Shown here piece after piece: positions 7,561 to 10,198 of a DNA stretch of 10,198 nucleotides. The stretch is from Simkaniaceae bacterium (lineage in GTDB: Bacteria; Chlamydiota; Chlamydiia; Chlamydiales; JAJFMI01): positions 1 to 10,198 of the forward strand of contig JBBDIZ010000039.1 in assembly GCA_040880145.1 (NCBI GenBank), written 5' to 3'. How positions within the stretch are numbered: position 1 is the stretch's first letter; each line of letters opens with the position of its first letter. The notes under the pieces were generated by a model, which saw only the letters and a list, made by a program, of their open reading frames with translations, searched no databases and was not told the DNA's origin. The position numbers and the translations under genes were made by a program.

Positions 7561-10162
7561 ATACAAAATTATCAGAAAACTCGCTCGTGGTGGAATGGGT
7601 GAGGTTTATTTGGCGCACGATCCAACCTGTGATCGAAAAGTCGCCTTAAAAAAGATCAGGGAAGATCTCCTTAAATATCCTGTGATTAAAAAGCGATTCT
7701 TGAGAGAAGCTAAAATTGCAGCTCAGCTCTCCCATCCCTCCATCATTCCCATTTACTCGATTCATGAGACTGAAGAAGAATTATACTACACAATGCCTTA
7801 TATCGAAGGCCAAACGCTAAAAGAAATTTTAAAAAAAACCCGTGAAGCCGAACGATCCGGGGAGCCCGCACCTCAGCTTGGCCTCAATATTCCCTCCCTT
7901 ATGCGGATTTTCTATACGATTTGCCAAGGCGTCTATTACGCCCACTCCAAAGGTTTTCTTCACCGCGATCTCAAACCCGATAACATCCTAATTGGGACCT
8001 ATGGAGAGGTTTTTATCATCGACTGGGGGATTGCAGAGCCCATTGATCAAAAAACGCCTTTACCTGAACCTGAAATCGAGCGTCCCGGCGATCTTACTCG
8101 TCCTGGGAAAATCGTTGGAACCGTAAGCTTTATGGCTCCGGAGCGAGTTCAAGGGGTCTCCTCATCGATACAAACGGAAATCTATGCCCTTGGCGCCCTT
8201 CTCTATAGCCTTTTAGCTTTAAGGCCTCCCTTTAAACGCCAATCCTTAGAGCACTTTAAAGCCCAATATAAAAAAGAACGCTTTGTAGAACCCTCGCAGG
8301 TAGCCCCTTTAAGAGATATCCCCCAAAAGCTGTCGCATATTACACGTCGCTGTTTAGAGAAAGATCCGTTCAATCGCTACAAAAATGTTTACGATCTTCT
8401 AGAGGACTTGGAAGGCTACATCGAAGGAAAACCGGACTGGGAGTTAATACAAGAGCTTGATCTCGAACGCTCCTCAGATTGGGAATTTCAGGAAAATGTC
8501 CTATTGACCAAACAGATTGCCATTACCCGTTCGATTGAATTTATGCAGTGGGTCGCTTTAATGATCTCCAAAGAGTCTTTCTCCGGAAACACTCGTATTG
8601 AAGCCGATTTAACTCTTAACAAAGACTCCCTTGGATTTGGTTTCTTACTCGCTATTCCGGAGCCAAAAGAGCGTGCAGGTCTCGAAGATGGCTTTTCGAT
8701 TTGGATTGGATCGGAAAAAAATCCGGGAGTACGGATCAACCGGGCCAATACTGAAGTCGCCTTTACGCCTGATTTTGCCCTTTCTTTTGATAAAAAAGTC
8801 CATATCGTCATCGAAAAAGTCGACCACCATCTCTCTCTTTCAATAGATGAAACCCCTATTCTCAATTACACAAGTCAGCTCCCTCTTGTTGGCTCCCACC
8901 TTGGCCTCATCTATGCTGACGATGAATTTCTGATTGAAAAGATTCAAGTCTACACAGGCTCTTCCTCCCTGATGGTGAACTGCCTTTCCGTTCCAGACGC
9001 CTTTTTTGCAAGTAAAGACTTTGAAAAAGCGCGTAAAGAGTACTGCCGTATTGCTAATTCATTTAAGGGACGAGCGGAGGGACGCGAAGCCCTTTTCCGG
9101 GCAGGCCTCTCCCTAATTGAAGAAGCTAAGCGCTCTGAAGAGAGAGAGAGCCTTTTTAAAAAGGCCTTTTCTATCTTTGAAGAATTTAACCAAATTTCAG
9201 GAGCTCCCCTCGAATACTTAGGCAAATCGCTTATCGAAAAAGAGTTAGGTGAAACAGAAGAAGAAATCAAATACTTAGAGATGGCATTAAGACGATTTCC
9301 CAAACACCCCTTACGCCCTCTTCTAATCGAGCACATCCATTTTCGCCTCCATGAGTCCTCTCAGTTTGATCGAAACACCACTTACGAATTTATGCTTCTT
9401 GCTCTTCGACAGCTCCCCCATCTTTTTGAGCGAAGAGAAACTGCCCTTTTATTTAAAAATATAAAAGCTCACCTCGAGCCTCTTCCCTTTCTCACGCGTT
9501 CAAAATCGTACAATAAATTTTTAGCCTACGCCATCGAACTTGCCTTTTGGCTCAATCGACCCGCCATCTTATTTGATCTGCTCGAGCAAGACCAATTAGA
9601 AGAAGGGCTTATACTTAACGCCCTAACGGCCCTATACAAGATGAATCAATCAAAATTAGCCGAGCGCTACCTCCAAAAAAACCCCGGCTATTCAAACTAT
9701 TTTGAAGGGAAAATTCCTCTTTTTTTCGATCTTAACTTACGTATCGAAACCGCTAAAGAATTTATCTTAAATACGCCAAACTCAAGCCTTCCTTTTCAAA
9801 TATGGGCCCACCTCTTGAGCGGAGAGCTGAAGGAGTCAAAAAAACTTTTCACAAAACTCGAGCACCAAAGCCTTAAAAGCCCCTTTACCCCCTACTACCC
9901 GCTCTACGGTTGCTATCTAGCCGCTACAAAAGGAGAAAAAGCCGCCCTCTCCCACTTCAACACCCTGATCGACCAGCGCTCTCCTCCCTTAAACGGACTC
10001 TTAGGTTATTCATTGAGAGGGGGGCACTTTAAAACCGCTCTTCCCTATGAAAAAGAGCTCTTAGCGCGTCACCTCTCGCTTTATCATAAATGTCTCGGAG
10101 ATGAAAAAAAAGCACGTGAATATGAGGAACTTGCGTTCGATAAAAATCTCTACAATCTATAA
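7544..10162 (+). CDS. pknD: Hanks-type serine/threonine protein kinase, chlamydial PknD-like (kinase + beta-rich domain + TPR-like helical region)
   Basis: 872 aa with GTG start. 'ARGGMGEVY', 'VALK', 'RFLRE', 'HRDLKPDN', 'DWG', 'GTVSFMAPE' in the first ~295 aa, then 'WEFQENVLL', a beta-strand-rich segment and helical 'EGREALFRAG', 'APLEYLGKSL', 'RFPKHP' segments recalled from chlamydial PknD. Kinase call is certain; orthology is by recall. Confidence 0.88.
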   Translation: MEEIGKYKIIRKLARGGMGEVYLAHDPTCDRKVALKKIREDLLKYPVIKKRFLREAKIAAQLSHPSIIPIYSIHETEEELYYTMPYIEGQTLKEILKKTREAERSGEPAPQLGLNIPSLMRIFYTICQGVYYAHSKGFLHRDLKPDNILIGTYGEVFIIDWGIAEPIDQKTPLPEPEIERPGDLTRPGKIVGTVSFMAPERVQGVSSSIQTEIYALGALLYSLLALRPPFKRQSLEHFKAQYKKERFVEPSQVAPLRDIPQKLSHITRRCLEKDPFNRYKNVYDLLEDLEGYIEGKPDWELIQELDLERSSDWEFQENVLLTKQIAITRSIEFMQWVALMISKESFSGNTRIEADLTLNKDSLGFGFLLAIPEPKERAGLEDGFSIWIGSEKNPGVRINRANTEVAFTPDFALSFDKKVHIVIEKVDHHLSLSIDETPILNYTSQLPLVGSHLGLIYADDEFLIEKIQVYTGSSSLMVNCLSVPDAFFASKDFEKARKEYCRIANSFKGRAEGREALFRAGLSLIEEAKRSEERESLFKKAFSIFEEFNQISGAPLEYLGKSLIEKELGETEEEIKYLEMALRRFPKHPLRPLLIEHIHFRLHESSQFDRNTTYEFMLLALRQLPHLFERRETALLFKNIKAHLEPLPFLTRSKSYNKFLAYAIELAFWLNRPAILFDLLEQDQLEEGLILNALTALYKMNQSKLAERYLQKNPGYSNYFEGKIPLFFDLNLRIETAKEFILNTPNSSLPFQIWAHLLSGELKESKKLFTKLEHQSLKSPFTPYYPLYGCYLAATKGEKAALSHFNTLIDQRSPPLNGLLGYSLRGGHFKTALPYEKELLARHLSLYHKCLGDEKKAREYEELAFDKNLYNL

Positions 10163-10198
10163 TACACATCTTGCATAACCCCAATTCCCTGCCCCTGC

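Noticed and set aside
8488..9336. ORFs 8488-8865, 8631-8846, 8645-8830 and 8950-9336
   Set aside because: Antisense or alternate-frame shadows inside the kinase gene, with no protein-like signatures.
9780..9990. C-rich, G-poor plus strand at the kinase 3' end
   Set aside because: Explained by Leu/Pro/Ser codons and ordinary strand skew; no repeat unit found.

Overview
Gene-dense bacterial chromosomal window, most consistent with a member of the Chlamydiota (probably an environmental lineage). The basis is the divergent dcd / ruvB-spoIID-like gene order, a chlamydial-type TrpRS and a PknD-like Ser/Thr kinase. Eight CDSs are supported: GT4 glycosyltransferase (-), dcd (-), ruvB (+), SpoIID/LytB-domain protein (+), degenerate asparagine synthetase B-like protein (+), small 4-TM membrane protein (+), trpS (-) and a PknD-like kinase (+). 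No RNA genes, CRISPR arrays or mobile elements were seen. The most notable signal is the AsnB-like gene. Its homology extends 21 codons upstream of the ORF-track ATG to an ATC codon (4472) behind a strong Shine-Dalgarno and in frame with the SpoIID TGA stop. Both of its catalytic signatures appear lost, and it lies in a putative envelope operon with a SpoIID homolog whose canonical motifs are also altered. All family assignments come from motif recognition by eye; no searches were run.
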